A DNA stretch of 64,000 bases from Candidatus Peregrinibacteria bacterium (lineage in GTDB: Bacteria; Patescibacteriota; Gracilibacteria; Peribacterales; Peribacteraceae), in the NCBI GenBank assembly GCA_043814035.1, contig JBDRKJ010000012.1, positions 4,028-68,027 of the forward strand, read 5' to 3'. Shown here piece after piece: positions 1 to 8,445 of the stretch. Numbering within the stretch: position 1 is the stretch's first letter; every line of letters begins with the position of its first letter. The translations under genes and the position numbers were made by a program. The notes under the pieces are model-generated. The model saw only the letters and a list, made by a program, of their open reading frames with translations. It did not search any database and was not told the origin of the DNA.

Positions 1-213
1 AAAAACCGTAAGGTTTGTCTCTCATGCCTTAAAAAAATGACCGTCCTGGTAGAGGAGCGGCCATTCGAAGATGGAAAGAACAATGTTCCGTCGCGGCGAA
101 GCTCCAAAGGAGCGAAGACGGACGAAAGCGGTGAATGTATACAGAAGCAGAGAAATGAATGCAAGAAAAATGAGACAAAAGGGAAACTTGCGAAGATGGA
201 ACCGTGGTAGAAT

Positions 214-660
214 GTGCCTCTCATGTTCACCTGTGTGCTTCACGTCTCGGCTGAGCGACGCCTGATCCATCTCTTCAAAGAAGTGGGAAGCAACCTCACG
301 TCATGGGGAAAAGACACCGCCGATCGCTACATCGTGAATCCGGTGGAGCAAGAAAATCCTGTAAAAGCTCTGATGGGCTCTGTGATGACTGTCGCGAGCA
401 CGATTCTGGAGGCCCCTGACGCCGCAGTGGCTGGCGTTTTCGATAACCGTGTGACATATGAGGGACGCACGGGACTGCGCACCACACGCGACGTAGGCCA
501 ATTTGTGAAAAATGCTGTTACGCTCCATCCCTTTCGTGCTGCTACGGATGCCTGGCGCGTTGCCACGACCGATATTCCCCTCGATCTCGGCGATGTTATT
601 GGAGGATTCTCCTCACGCACGCGAGCGCGTACTGCAGATATACTGGATACCGCCGCATAA
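214..660 (+). CDS. hypothetical protein
   Basis: 148-aa ORF with no motif I recognise. The start is uncertain, and a long antisense ORF (327..815) competes with it. Confidence 0.35.
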   Translation: MPLMFTCVLHVSAERRLIHLFKEVGSNLTSWGKDTADRYIVNPVEQENPVKALMGSVMTVASTILEAPDAAVAGVFDNRVTYEGRTGLRTTRDVGQFVKNAVTLHPFRAATDAWRVATTDIPLDLGDVIGGFSSRTRARTADILDTAA

Positions 661-665
661 GCGCC

Positions 666-800
666 ATGGAATCCCTTAGCGAAGCACCGATCGCCGCCGA
701 AGCCGGTTTCAACACGCACGCCCTCGTCACGCTCGGCGTTGCCGCCGTTGCCGTGTGGGTCGGATGGAAGATCTTCAAGAATCTCAGTGGCAATCAGTGA
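666..800 (+). CDS. possible small single-pass membrane protein (44 aa)
   Basis: Hand-translated ATG ORF MESLSEAPIAAEAGFNTHALVTLGVAAVAVWVGWKIFKNLSGNQ. It has one clear hydrophobic helix and starts 6 nt after the previous stop. It is below the ORF-track size cutoff. Confidence 0.3.
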   Translation: MESLSEAPIAAEAGFNTHALVTLGVAAVAVWVGWKIFKNLSGNQ

Positions 801-915
801 AGCTCCCCAGAACATCTGCCCAATCCATTCCAGAAAACATCCCTGTACTCCTGATGCGAAACTCGGCGTAGCGCCGTGTACGCGGCGCGAAGTCGAGTGC
901 TACGATACTTCCGAC

Positions 916-1224
916 ATGCCCACGTACGATTTCCGCTGCCCGAAGTGCTCTCACGTGTTTGAGGCGGTCCTTTCATTTGGTAGCAAAGCGCGTCCTCCCT
1001 GCCCCACATGCAAGCACGCAAAAACCGAAAAGCTCATCGCTCCTCCTGCAATTCACTTCAAGGGAACGGGCTTCTTCAAAACCGATAGCCGAAAGCCAAG
1101 CCCGAAGAAATCCGTAGAATCACCAGCAGAGAAATCTGTAGATACGCCCGCAAAAAAATCAACAGAGCCAGGAACAGACAAGGGCAAGAAACCCCCGTCC
1201 ACAACGGATATGAAGAATCCGTAG
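916..1224 (+). CDS. FmdB-family zinc-ribbon protein with Lys/Pro-rich tail
   Basis: The internal ATG at 916 gives MPTYDFRCPKCSHVFE...PPCPTCKH, the paired CxxC zinc-ribbon signature of the FmdB/CxxC_CxxC_SSSS family. The 5' part of the tracked ORF looks non-coding. Confidence 0.8.
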   Translation: MPTYDFRCPKCSHVFEAVLSFGSKARPPCPTCKHAKTEKLIAPPAIHFKGTGFFKTDSRKPSPKKSVESPAEKSVDTPAKKSTEPGTDKGKKPPSTTDMKNP

Positions 1225-1272
1225 AAAAGCGCATATCGCAAAAACGCAGGTTTTCTGCTACAATAGAAGGAA

Positions 1273-2136
1273 ATGAGACCTTACAAGGGCACAAACGGCC
1301 GTTTCTCTCTGCACACACGCATGATGGAGAAAGTGACGTCTCTGCCGTACGCGACGCTCTTTCTTGTGTGGTTCACCCTCGCAGGGCTCTTTGGCATGGC
1401 CTACGCCATCCTCGCAACGTACCTGCCCGCTCACGCACCGCAGCAGCTGTTGGGGCTCCCTACGTTTACACGTATCGGCGACAGTCTCTACTACAGCATT
1501 ATCACTGCCACCTCCACGGGCTACGGCGATATCGTGCCGATGGGATTTTCGAAAGTACTCGCAAGTACACAGGCCATGAGCAGCCTCTTCATCTTCGCAG
1601 TGCTCGTCACCAAGCTCATGAGCAAGCAGCAGGAACTGGCGGTGCGCCAGATGCATCGCCTCACCTACGAAGATGTCTTTCACAATACGCGCGAAGGACT
1701 CTTCATCATCCGCAAAGATTTCGACCGCCTCATCACCAAAGTCGAGCAGCGAGACATGCCCACATCAGAAGACTGGGAAGATATGGCAACGGCCTTCAAG
1801 CAAGGGCAGAGTCTGCTCCTGGAAATTCCCGACTTCTACGACACCGAGAACCAGCTCTACATGATCGACGAACGCCGCGAGCAGCTGCTACAAGAAGCGG
1901 TGCACCGCACCCTGCACCGCGTGAACCAGCTCATCGATGAATGTGCCCTCGCCGGTCTCGACTGGATGGCACAGCGAGATGTTGCCCAAGAACTCACCGA
2001 GCTGCTCCACGTGGTAGAAAAAGTGACTGCACTCTGGCGCGAACGCTCCCCTTACGCCAAGCATGAATCATTTGAAACAATCCTGCGCCTCAAGGAGCGA
2101 GCTGGAAATCGTATGAAGGGCACCATCGGAAAGTAA
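1273..2136 (+). CDS. potassium channel protein (two-TM pore domain plus cytosolic helical domain)
   Basis: Selectivity-filter motif TATSTGYGD lies between two hydrophobic helices. The start could instead be the ATG at 1321. Confidence 0.85.
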   Translation: MRPYKGTNGRFSLHTRMMEKVTSLPYATLFLVWFTLAGLFGMAYAILATYLPAHAPQQLLGLPTFTRIGDSLYYSIITATSTGYGDIVPMGFSKVLASTQAMSSLFIFAVLVTKLMSKQQELAVRQMHRLTYEDVFHNTREGLFIIRKDFDRLITKVEQRDMPTSEDWEDMATAFKQGQSLLLEIPDFYDTENQLYMIDERREQLLQEAVHRTLHRVNQLIDECALAGLDWMAQRDVAQELTELLHVVEKVTALWRERSPYAKHESFETILRLKERAGNRMKGTIGK

Positions 2137-2153
2137 TACTGTAAACAACACAT

Positions 2154-2222
2154 GTCACCCTGAGCGTAGTCGAAGGGTGACCGTATTTAAAAATGCCATG
2201 GTTCGACTACGCTCACCATGAC
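2154..2222. repeat. Y-family palindromic element (two complementary hairpin halves) between convergent genes
   Basis: gtcaccctgagcgtagtcgaagggtgac (2154-2181) and catggttcgactacgctcaccatgac (2197-2222). The core tgagcgtagtcgaa is the exact reverse complement of ttcgactacgctca. Related copies lie at 4613, 12311/12351 and 23876. Confidence 0.8.
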
Positions 2223-2246
2223 ATTTTGTAGATCCGCTGGGAAAAA

Positions 2247-4526
2247 CTACCGCCTCGGCGGCCCTCTTCTTCCGCCACCGAATCCGCCGCTGCGGGGAGG
2301 GCCTCCAGGACCGCTACGGCGTGGAGCCGCACTGTACCCTTCGGGCGGATCTGTCATCTGCTTGAGTGACATGCGCGTCTTGCCATCGACCGAATCGTAC
2401 TCGACGCATTTCGCTTTCACTTCGTCACCCATTTTGAGGATGTCTTCGACGTTCTCGGTGCGCGCCCACTGGAGTTCACTGATGTGAATCATGGCATCTT
2501 TACCACGAAGGAACTCTACAATCGCCCCCACGCCATCAATGACGCGCACGACTTTGCAGTCGTAGACTTTGCCAACCTCCGGCTTGGCCACGATGCCCTG
2601 AATCCACTCTTTGGCCTTATCCATAGAATCCCCATTGAGCGCAGTGACAAAGATGAGGCCGCTATCCTCAATATCGATCTCTACACCAAGCTCACCGGTG
2701 ATCCTCTGAATCATCTCGCCACCCTTGCCGATGACCAAACGAATATCCTCAGGATTGATCTGAATCACCTCAATGCGAGGTGCATGAGGCGAGAGCTCCT
2801 TGCGTGGCTCAGGAATAGCCGCCGTCATGACCTTCATGATCTCCATTCGGCCTTCGTGAGAGCGCGCAATTGCTTCTTCGAAAACGGAATCCGGGAGCCC
2901 CTTAATCTTGATATCCATCTGAATGGCGGTGATGCCCTTCTCGGTACCGCCGACTTTGAAGTCCATATCGCCACCAAAGTCTTCTTCATCCTGAAGATCT
3001 GAGAGAATGACATACTTGCCCTTCTCTTCATCACAGATGAGCCCCAATGCAATGCCCGATACCGGTGCCGCAATGGGCACGCCGGCCGCCATGAGCGCAA
3101 GCGTTGAGCCGCAGGTAGCCGCCATAGAAGAAGAGCCATTGCTCTCCAGAATTTCGGTGACCGTACGAATCGTGTAGGGGAAGTCCTCTTCGGTAGGCAA
3201 CACCGGCTCGAGTGCGCGCTGCGCCAGATTGCCGTGACCGATCTCGCGATTGCCCACCATCAGACGGTTGCTCGTCTCACCCACCGAGAACGGAGGGAAG
3301 TTGTAGTGATGCATGTAGCGCATCTTGTATTCGCCCTCCATGCCCTCGACGATCTGCTTATCACCGGGTGCTCCCAGCGTGCAAGTGGTGAGACCCTGCG
3401 TCTCGCCGCGCTGGAAGAGCGCGGATCCGTGCACGAAATTCGGCAGTATATCGAGAGTGGCCGTAATCGAACGGATTTCTGTGACTTTGCGGCTGCTCAT
3501 ACGGATCCCCTCTTCGAGGATCAAGCGGCGCACTTCATTCTTGATGATCTTATCCATGAGTTCGTGCGCGTTAGCGTAAAGCTCGACGAGTTTTTCATCC
3601 TCTTTAGTAGAACCGCCTGTGGTGAGCGTAGTCGAACCATACTTCTCTTGCAGTTTCTCGGCAGCTCCATTGATGAAACTGTTGAAAATGGCCCGACGGT
3701 CGAGCTTCTTGAGAGGATCTTTAATCGCCTTGGTAACCTCAGTGAGTGCCCACTCCTTGAGGAGCGCAGATGCTTCTTTATTCTCGTAGGGTGGAGCGAG
3801 TTCAAATTTCTTCTTGCCCTCTTTCTTCTGCAAATCTGCAAAGAACACGGCGATCTTCTGCGCCCACTTCTTACCGAACTGGATCGCGCGCAGAACCTCT
3901 GCTTCGGGCACCTGATTCGCACCCGCATCAATCATTACAATGCGATCGGCTGTTGTCGTGACGAACATATCGAGTTCGCTCTTCGTGCGAGCCTCGCGAG
4001 AGGGGTTGAGCACCAATTCTCCGCCAATCAGACCTACGCGCACGGTGCCAAGTGGTCCCGCTGCTGGACAATCCGAGAGTGCCACAGCGAGGTTCGCCGC
4101 GTTCGCAGCGGCAATATCATGTTCATGCTCCTCGTCATATGAGAGCACTGTGCAGAACACCTGAATATCGTTGCGAATGTGTTTGGGGAGCATGGGGCGC
4201 AATCCGCGATCTATCACGCGAGCGAGCAGAACGAACTTATCGGCCGGACGGCCTTCGCGTTTGCGGAACCGGCTACCACCGATACGACCACCGGCGTAGT
4301 ACTTCTCTTGGAATACCACCTGCAACGGCAGAAAATCGACACCATCGCGGGCTTTGGCACTTACCGTAACATTACCCATGCACACGGTGCCTCCCATCTG
4401 ACAGAGCACAGTGGCATTGGCCTGGGTAGCGATCAGCCCGGTCGAGAATTTCATCTCCTGATCACCGAGCATGAGTGTAAATTCCTTCTGCACGCTGTCA
4501 GAGGATGAACGGGTGAGTATGGACAT
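2247..4526 (-). CDS. pnp: polyribonucleotide nucleotidyltransferase (PNPase) with C-terminal RGG-rich tail
   Basis: Two RNase PH-like halves, then a KH segment (GKGGEMIQRITG) and an S1 segment (GKVYDCKVVRVIDGVGAIVEF). I chose the ATG at 4526; the tracked ORF extends to a TTG at 4568. Confidence 0.96.
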   Translation of the reverse strand: MSILTRSSSDSVQKEFTLMLGDQEMKFSTGLIATQANATVLCQMGGTVCMGNVTVSAKARDGVDFLPLQVVFQEKYYAGGRIGGSRFRKREGRPADKFVLLARVIDRGLRPMLPKHIRNDIQVFCTVLSYDEEHEHDIAAANAANLAVALSDCPAAGPLGTVRVGLIGGELVLNPSREARTKSELDMFVTTTADRIVMIDAGANQVPEAEVLRAIQFGKKWAQKIAVFFADLQKKEGKKKFELAPPYENKEASALLKEWALTEVTKAIKDPLKKLDRRAIFNSFINGAAEKLQEKYGSTTLTTGGSTKEDEKLVELYANAHELMDKIIKNEVRRLILEEGIRMSSRKVTEIRSITATLDILPNFVHGSALFQRGETQGLTTCTLGAPGDKQIVEGMEGEYKMRYMHHYNFPPFSVGETSNRLMVGNREIGHGNLAQRALEPVLPTEEDFPYTIRTVTEILESNGSSSMAATCGSTLALMAAGVPIAAPVSGIALGLICDEEKGKYVILSDLQDEEDFGGDMDFKVGGTEKGITAIQMDIKIKGLPDSVFEEAIARSHEGRMEIMKVMTAAIPEPRKELSPHAPRIEVIQINPEDIRLVIGKGGEMIQRITGELGVEIDIEDSGLIFVTALNGDSMDKAKEWIQGIVAKPEVGKVYDCKVVRVIDGVGAIVEFLRGKDAMIHISELQWARTENVEDILKMGDEVKAKCVEYDSVDGKTRMSLKQMTDPPEGYSAAPRRSGPGGPPRSGGFGGGRRGPPRR

Positions 4527-4612
4527 ACTGTAAAGGGGAAAGAGAGAAAGAAACTCTCCTTCCGACAAGATCAGATCCGCTGTGTGTATGGATTCACGCG
4601 GGAAAGCATTCT

Positions 4613-4640
4613 GTCATCCTGAGCGTAGTCGAAGGATGGA
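4613..4640. repeat. Y-family half element
   Basis: gtcatcctgagcgtagtcgaaggatgga has the same gagcgtagtcga core as the copy at 2161, inside a local 6-bp hairpin. Confidence 0.7.
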
Positions 4641-4765
4641 TGCGCTCCAGTGTAAACCCAACACAGAGGAGGAAGACGACCTGCGGAAGAAAAGAGCGGG
4701 GCTATTGTACGCCCGAACGAACCGAGGCAACACCTGTTTTCCCATATATTTCCCGGCATGTTGCC

Positions 4766-6580
4766 TTAGGAGAGAAGACGCGTGAGCGCCCCACCGAGAA
4801 TTCGGAGACCATTCTGGGTGAGGACAGACTCTGGGTGAAACTGGAAACTTGCGAACTGATCGCCTCGCAATGCATGAACACGCTTTGACCTCTGGTCGTA
4901 GGACATCTGGATACCGGGAATCTCCTGATGACGTGCAGAAAACGTATTGTAGAAACCAACGATCTGCTGCTCGCCAAACAGATCGATCTGCTTCCGAACC
5001 CCTTGCGACGGTGTCTCCTGACGCGAAACCTTCATACCCAGCTCCCTGCTCAGGATCTGATGGCCGAGGCAGACGGCAAGGAACTTCTTTCCTGATTCTC
5101 GAAGCTCACGTACAACACGACGAAACTTCTGCATTTTTGGATTCTGTTCGTCATTGGGATCACCAGGACCGGGGCCGACAACGACGAGATCCGCATCATC
5201 CGAGGCACAGTCATACTTATCAAAGCTCACGACGCGAACGTCCGCTCCCATGCTCGTCATCATGTGCTTGAGCGTTTGGCAGAAGTTGTCTTCATTGTCG
5301 ATGATGGTGATTATCTTTCCCTGCACGGCTTCGAGCGTGTTGTCGTTCTTCTCCTGGTCATCAAGAAAGTAGCGGGAGAGATCGAGATTCCTTTCTTTGA
5401 GCACCTGAAGAATCTCTTCGTCAGAAAGGAGATCCGTATCCGAAGGAACGACCATTTCTTGCGTCGGATGCAGAATGCTCCCCATAAGGGCGCCCAACTT
5501 CGCCTGCGTCTCTTCGACCTCATTTTCCGGATTCGAATCCCTGACCAGAGTTGCGCCTGCACGGACAGCAAGCGTGCCGTCGGCATCAATCTCCGCCGTG
5601 CGGATCGTAATGGCACTATCAAGGCTCTCTCCGCCATCCGCGTCCCGACCCAACAAGGCGAGCGCAGAAGCATAATACCCACGGGAACCAGGTTCGTACT
5701 TTTTAAGAATCCTGCACGCGTTTTTCATGGGACTGCCCGTGACCGTCGGTGCGTACATAGATGTGCGCAGCAGATCAATGGCTGGCAAGTCACTGTGGCC
5801 ACGCAACAGATATTCGGTATGAATGAGCCGCGACATATTCTTGAGACGCGGACCCTCGATTGTCCCGCCGCACTCGCACATCTGCGACATCATTTTGAGC
5901 TCCTCATCGAGCACCATGAAAAGCTCAAGGATCTCTTTGTCGTCACGGAGGAATGCGAGGAGCTCCTCTCTCGTAACGTTCTGTCCCAGCTTCTTCTTCA
6001 GAGTGCCGCTGATCGGATTCATCACGACCTCTCCTTTTTGCACGGTAAGATGCCGCTCCGGTGACGCCCCGATGAGGTATTTCTGCCCATCGAAGAAAAT
6101 AAATGTCATGTAGCTTCCATGCTCCGAGAGCAGAAGCGACCGATAGATGCTCAGCGCCTTCGCTCTGTTCATCTCGACGATCGTCCCCCTCCCCGTATTC
6201 GCGACGACGAAGTTCGCGCCTTCCCCCTTACCGATTTCATTGCGAATGATGTTCCGGATGACCTCTGCGTATTCTTCGGGAGTCATGTCGAACTGAATGC
6301 CGTTTTTGAGTTCCACTTTGTCAGAAGGAACGGAGGCGAGTAATTCCTCCAGATTCACTCTCGTTTGCTGAACAATATCAATGCAACGTATCGGCTCACC
6401 ATCCGAGTGTGTCTCGTACCCCCGCTCACGCACCTGAGAGAAAGGAATCGCGCAGATCGTATCAACGCCACCTCCGGCACCGGACTCGCCGTGATCGAGC
6501 TGTATATCCGCAAGAGAATGGCAAAGCCGTTGTGTCCCCGAAAGTACCTGTACCTCCTCGTCCGCCCCTCGCCGTATCAT
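4766..6580 (-). CDS. anthranilate-synthase-family fused enzyme (chorismate-utilising component I + class-I glutamine amidotransferase; TrpE(G)/PhzE-like architecture)
   Basis: The N-terminal ~400 aa carry chorismate-binding motifs (LIGASPERH, SRGYYASA...ITIRTA). The C-terminal ~190 aa are a GATase (LAVCLGHQIL, FQFHPES). ATG start confirmed at 6580. Confidence 0.85.
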   Translation of the reverse strand: MIRRGADEEVQVLSGTQRLCHSLADIQLDHGESGAGGGVDTICAIPFSQVRERGYETHSDGEPIRCIDIVQQTRVNLEELLASVPSDKVELKNGIQFDMTPEEYAEVIRNIIRNEIGKGEGANFVVANTGRGTIVEMNRAKALSIYRSLLLSEHGSYMTFIFFDGQKYLIGASPERHLTVQKGEVVMNPISGTLKKKLGQNVTREELLAFLRDDKEILELFMVLDEELKMMSQMCECGGTIEGPRLKNMSRLIHTEYLLRGHSDLPAIDLLRTSMYAPTVTGSPMKNACRILKKYEPGSRGYYASALALLGRDADGGESLDSAITIRTAEIDADGTLAVRAGATLVRDSNPENEVEETQAKLGALMGSILHPTQEMVVPSDTDLLSDEEILQVLKERNLDLSRYFLDDQEKNDNTLEAVQGKIITIIDNEDNFCQTLKHMMTSMGADVRVVSFDKYDCASDDADLVVVGPGPGDPNDEQNPKMQKFRRVVRELRESGKKFLAVCLGHQILSRELGMKVSRQETPSQGVRKQIDLFGEQQIVGFYNTFSARHQEIPGIQMSYDQRSKRVHALRGDQFASFQFHPESVLTQNGLRILGGALTRLLS

Positions 6581-6674
6581 GACGAATGGGTCAGTGCCGT
6601 GAATAACATTTTCGATCGATGCCGATGGTGAGAGAGAATGGGATTCCGTGGGAATGAAAGGAAGTAGTGAAATA

Positions 6675-6698
6675 CAAAAAAACTCCGGAGAGCGGAGT
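6675..6698 (-). terminator. intrinsic terminator downstream of the 176-aa ORF and ~95 nt upstream of the TrpE/G-like start
   Basis: Minus strand reads actccg-ctctc-cggagt followed by ttttttt: a 6-bp GC-rich stem, 5-nt loop and U7 tail. Confidence 0.65.
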
Positions 6699-6735
6699 GC
6701 ATGTGTAATTCATAGATCTTCAGGGCACTCCGTAC

Positions 6736-7266
6736 TTAGTGAGTCGCCCAGGTATCGACTGCGGGAACTCCAAAAATAGCCACCGCCGGAATTGTTGTAG
6801 CGGCAGAAACGGATTTCGCAGCTGAAATCTCTACCCGCTGACCGCACAATTTGAGTGGCGTTCCGTGTGTGCGTGTTGCATCTGATCCCTGAAGAGCGCC
6901 AACAGGGAAAGAATGTCCCCCTATAAAGGACACTCGTTTAAGGGGCTTATCGGCAGAGTCTGCGTTACACGGATTCTCGTCGCCAACGAAAAATGGTAAA
7001 CGACAATTGCCCGTGAACTGTGCATCACAATCGCAGAAGACGATTGTCTTATCGGGACCAAGTGATCCCACTCGAGCCACCGCCTGCTGCACGCTCGCAC
7101 AGATTCTCTCGAGTGCCATCTCATCCACAGCGAGCTCTGCACAGAGAGTCCGCACTTCTGCCGTCACGTTCTGCACATTCGTTGTTACCTCACGAACATC
7201 TCTTCCGGATCGGATCCGTACCGAGAGGAGCTGCTGCGCCGACGAAGTGGAGGGGGATGTTTCCAT
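6736..7266 (-). CDS. hypothetical protein (176 aa)
   Basis: ATG confirmed at 7266. No recognisable motif. It lies between the TrpR-like gene and the TrpE/G-like gene on the same strand. Confidence 0.5.
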   Translation of the reverse strand: METSPSTSSAQQLLSVRIRSGRDVREVTTNVQNVTAEVRTLCAELAVDEMALERICASVQQAVARVGSLGPDKTIVFCDCDAQFTGNCRLPFFVGDENPCNADSADKPLKRVSFIGGHSFPVGALQGSDATRTHGTPLKLCGQRVEISAAKSVSAATTIPAVAIFGVPAVDTWATH

Positions 7267-7284
7267 GTACCGTTACAACGGTAC
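7267..7284 (-). promoter_or_regulatory. perfect 8-2-8 inverted repeat directly abutting the start codon (candidate operator or translational hairpin)
   Basis: Minus strand reads GTACCGTT-GT-AACGGTAC, immediately followed by ATG. Confidence 0.45.
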
Positions 7285-7587
7285 ACAACTCCTTCAGACA
7301 AATCAAGACTTATTTTCAAAAATCACAAAACAACCAACAGCAAACAAATGCATAAACAAAACAGGAAACGTGGGGGCGGCGCGTCACCCTCCTTCGCTCC
7401 TTCTTAAGCTTCGGACGGGCAGGCGGGGGGTGAAGGGGAAGGCCCTGCACCGCATGAGAGCGGTGGACGCCGACGAGACGACTCCGAATCCTCTTGTCGG
7501 CCGTAGCCTTGGCGAAGGCTGATGTAGGAGTCGGCGAGGAGGCGCAGGGCCAGGCGGAGCGGGCGTTGGCGCGCCAGCGTTTTGGCT

Positions 7588-7611
7588 CCACCTTTGTCGC
7601 GACAAAGGTGG
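7588..7611. repeat. perfect 24-nt palindrome
   Basis: ccacctttgtcgcgacaaaggtgg, 24 nt downstream of the TrpR-like stop codon. Confidence 0.7.
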
Positions 7612-7634
7612 AAAAGGGTATCCTTCGTTTGTTC

Positions 7635-7928
7635 TTATTGTTGATTTGCCTTCTTCAGTTTCTTCAGGAAATAGCCAAATCCACCGCCTCCGTACTGGAG
7701 CATTCTGGATCCGCGTGTGATTTTGCTGATAGAAATTCCCAGTTTCTTTGCGATATCGCGCTGAGGCGTACCCTTGGCGAGCTCCTGAATGAGCCGCCAG
7801 CGCTCCGCGACGGACGCCATCTCCTGCGGCGTAAGAATATCAGCGAGAAGTTTCTCCGCCTCTTCTTCGCTGTGAACAGAAGAGAAGAGCTTGTAGAGAT
7901 CCCGTAGATGTTTAGAAGGCACGGCCAT
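7635..7928 (-). CDS. TrpR-family / YerC-YecD-like DNA-binding protein
   Basis: LLADILTPQEMASVAERWRLIQELAKGTPQRDIAKKLGISISKITRGSRML matches the Trp-repressor helix-turn-helix core (ILTP.E, QR, ITRGS). I chose the ATG at 7928; a GTG lies at 7937. Confidence 0.8.
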   Translation of the reverse strand: MAVPSKHLRDLYKLFSSVHSEEEAEKLLADILTPQEMASVAERWRLIQELAKGTPQRDIAKKLGISISKITRGSRMLQYGGGGFGYFLKKLKKANQQ

Positions 7929-7983
7929 ACCAAACACCAGTATACCTCTTCATTCTCCTATCCTCTATACCGTCAGCAAGACC

Positions 7984-8250
7984 TTATTTCTTGAGATCGT
8001 GCACTTCGAGCACAGCCTGGTACTCCTCGGGCTTATTCATCTTGAGATAGTTGAGAAGCTTACGGCGCTGTGCCACTTTGCCGAGTAGCCCACGACGAGC
8101 CGAAAAGTCCTTCTTGTGTTCAGTGAGATGCTTACTGAGAAGATTGATTTCTTTGGTAAGAATCGCCACCTGCACGGGAGCGGACCCAGTGTCTTTATCG
8201 TGAACACGATGCTTGGTGATGAGACGTTTCTTTGAGGCGCGCTTGAGCAT
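7984..8250 (-). CDS. rpsO: 30S ribosomal protein S15
   Basis: 88 aa with typical S15 sequence (HRVHDKDTGSAPVQVAILTKEINLLSKHLTEHKKDFSARRGLL). Confidence 0.95.
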   Translation of the reverse strand: MLKRASKKRLITKHRVHDKDTGSAPVQVAILTKEINLLSKHLTEHKKDFSARRGLLGKVAQRRKLLNYLKMNKPEEYQAVLEVHDLKK

Positions 8251-8337
8251 AGGAGAGAGGGAACGTGCGAAAAGAAGTGACGAGCCGCGCCTCCCGAGCG
8301 ACCGAGCGCTCGAACGGGGAAGCGAGGACAGAAGCCA

Positions 8338-8365
8338 ATTCTAAGCGAAATTTTGCAGAAAGCAA
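8338..8365 (-). promoter_or_regulatory. candidate sigma70-type promoter for rpsO
   Basis: Minus strand TTGCTT, 16-nt spacer, TAGAAT, about 90 nt upstream of the rpsO ATG. Confidence 0.4.
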
Positions 8366-8445
8366 GCATTTTGACGATGACTGAGACAGAAGGAGAAGAG
8401 CGACAAAAATAGGAAGGAGTGGACAACTGTGCACCCCGTGCTACG

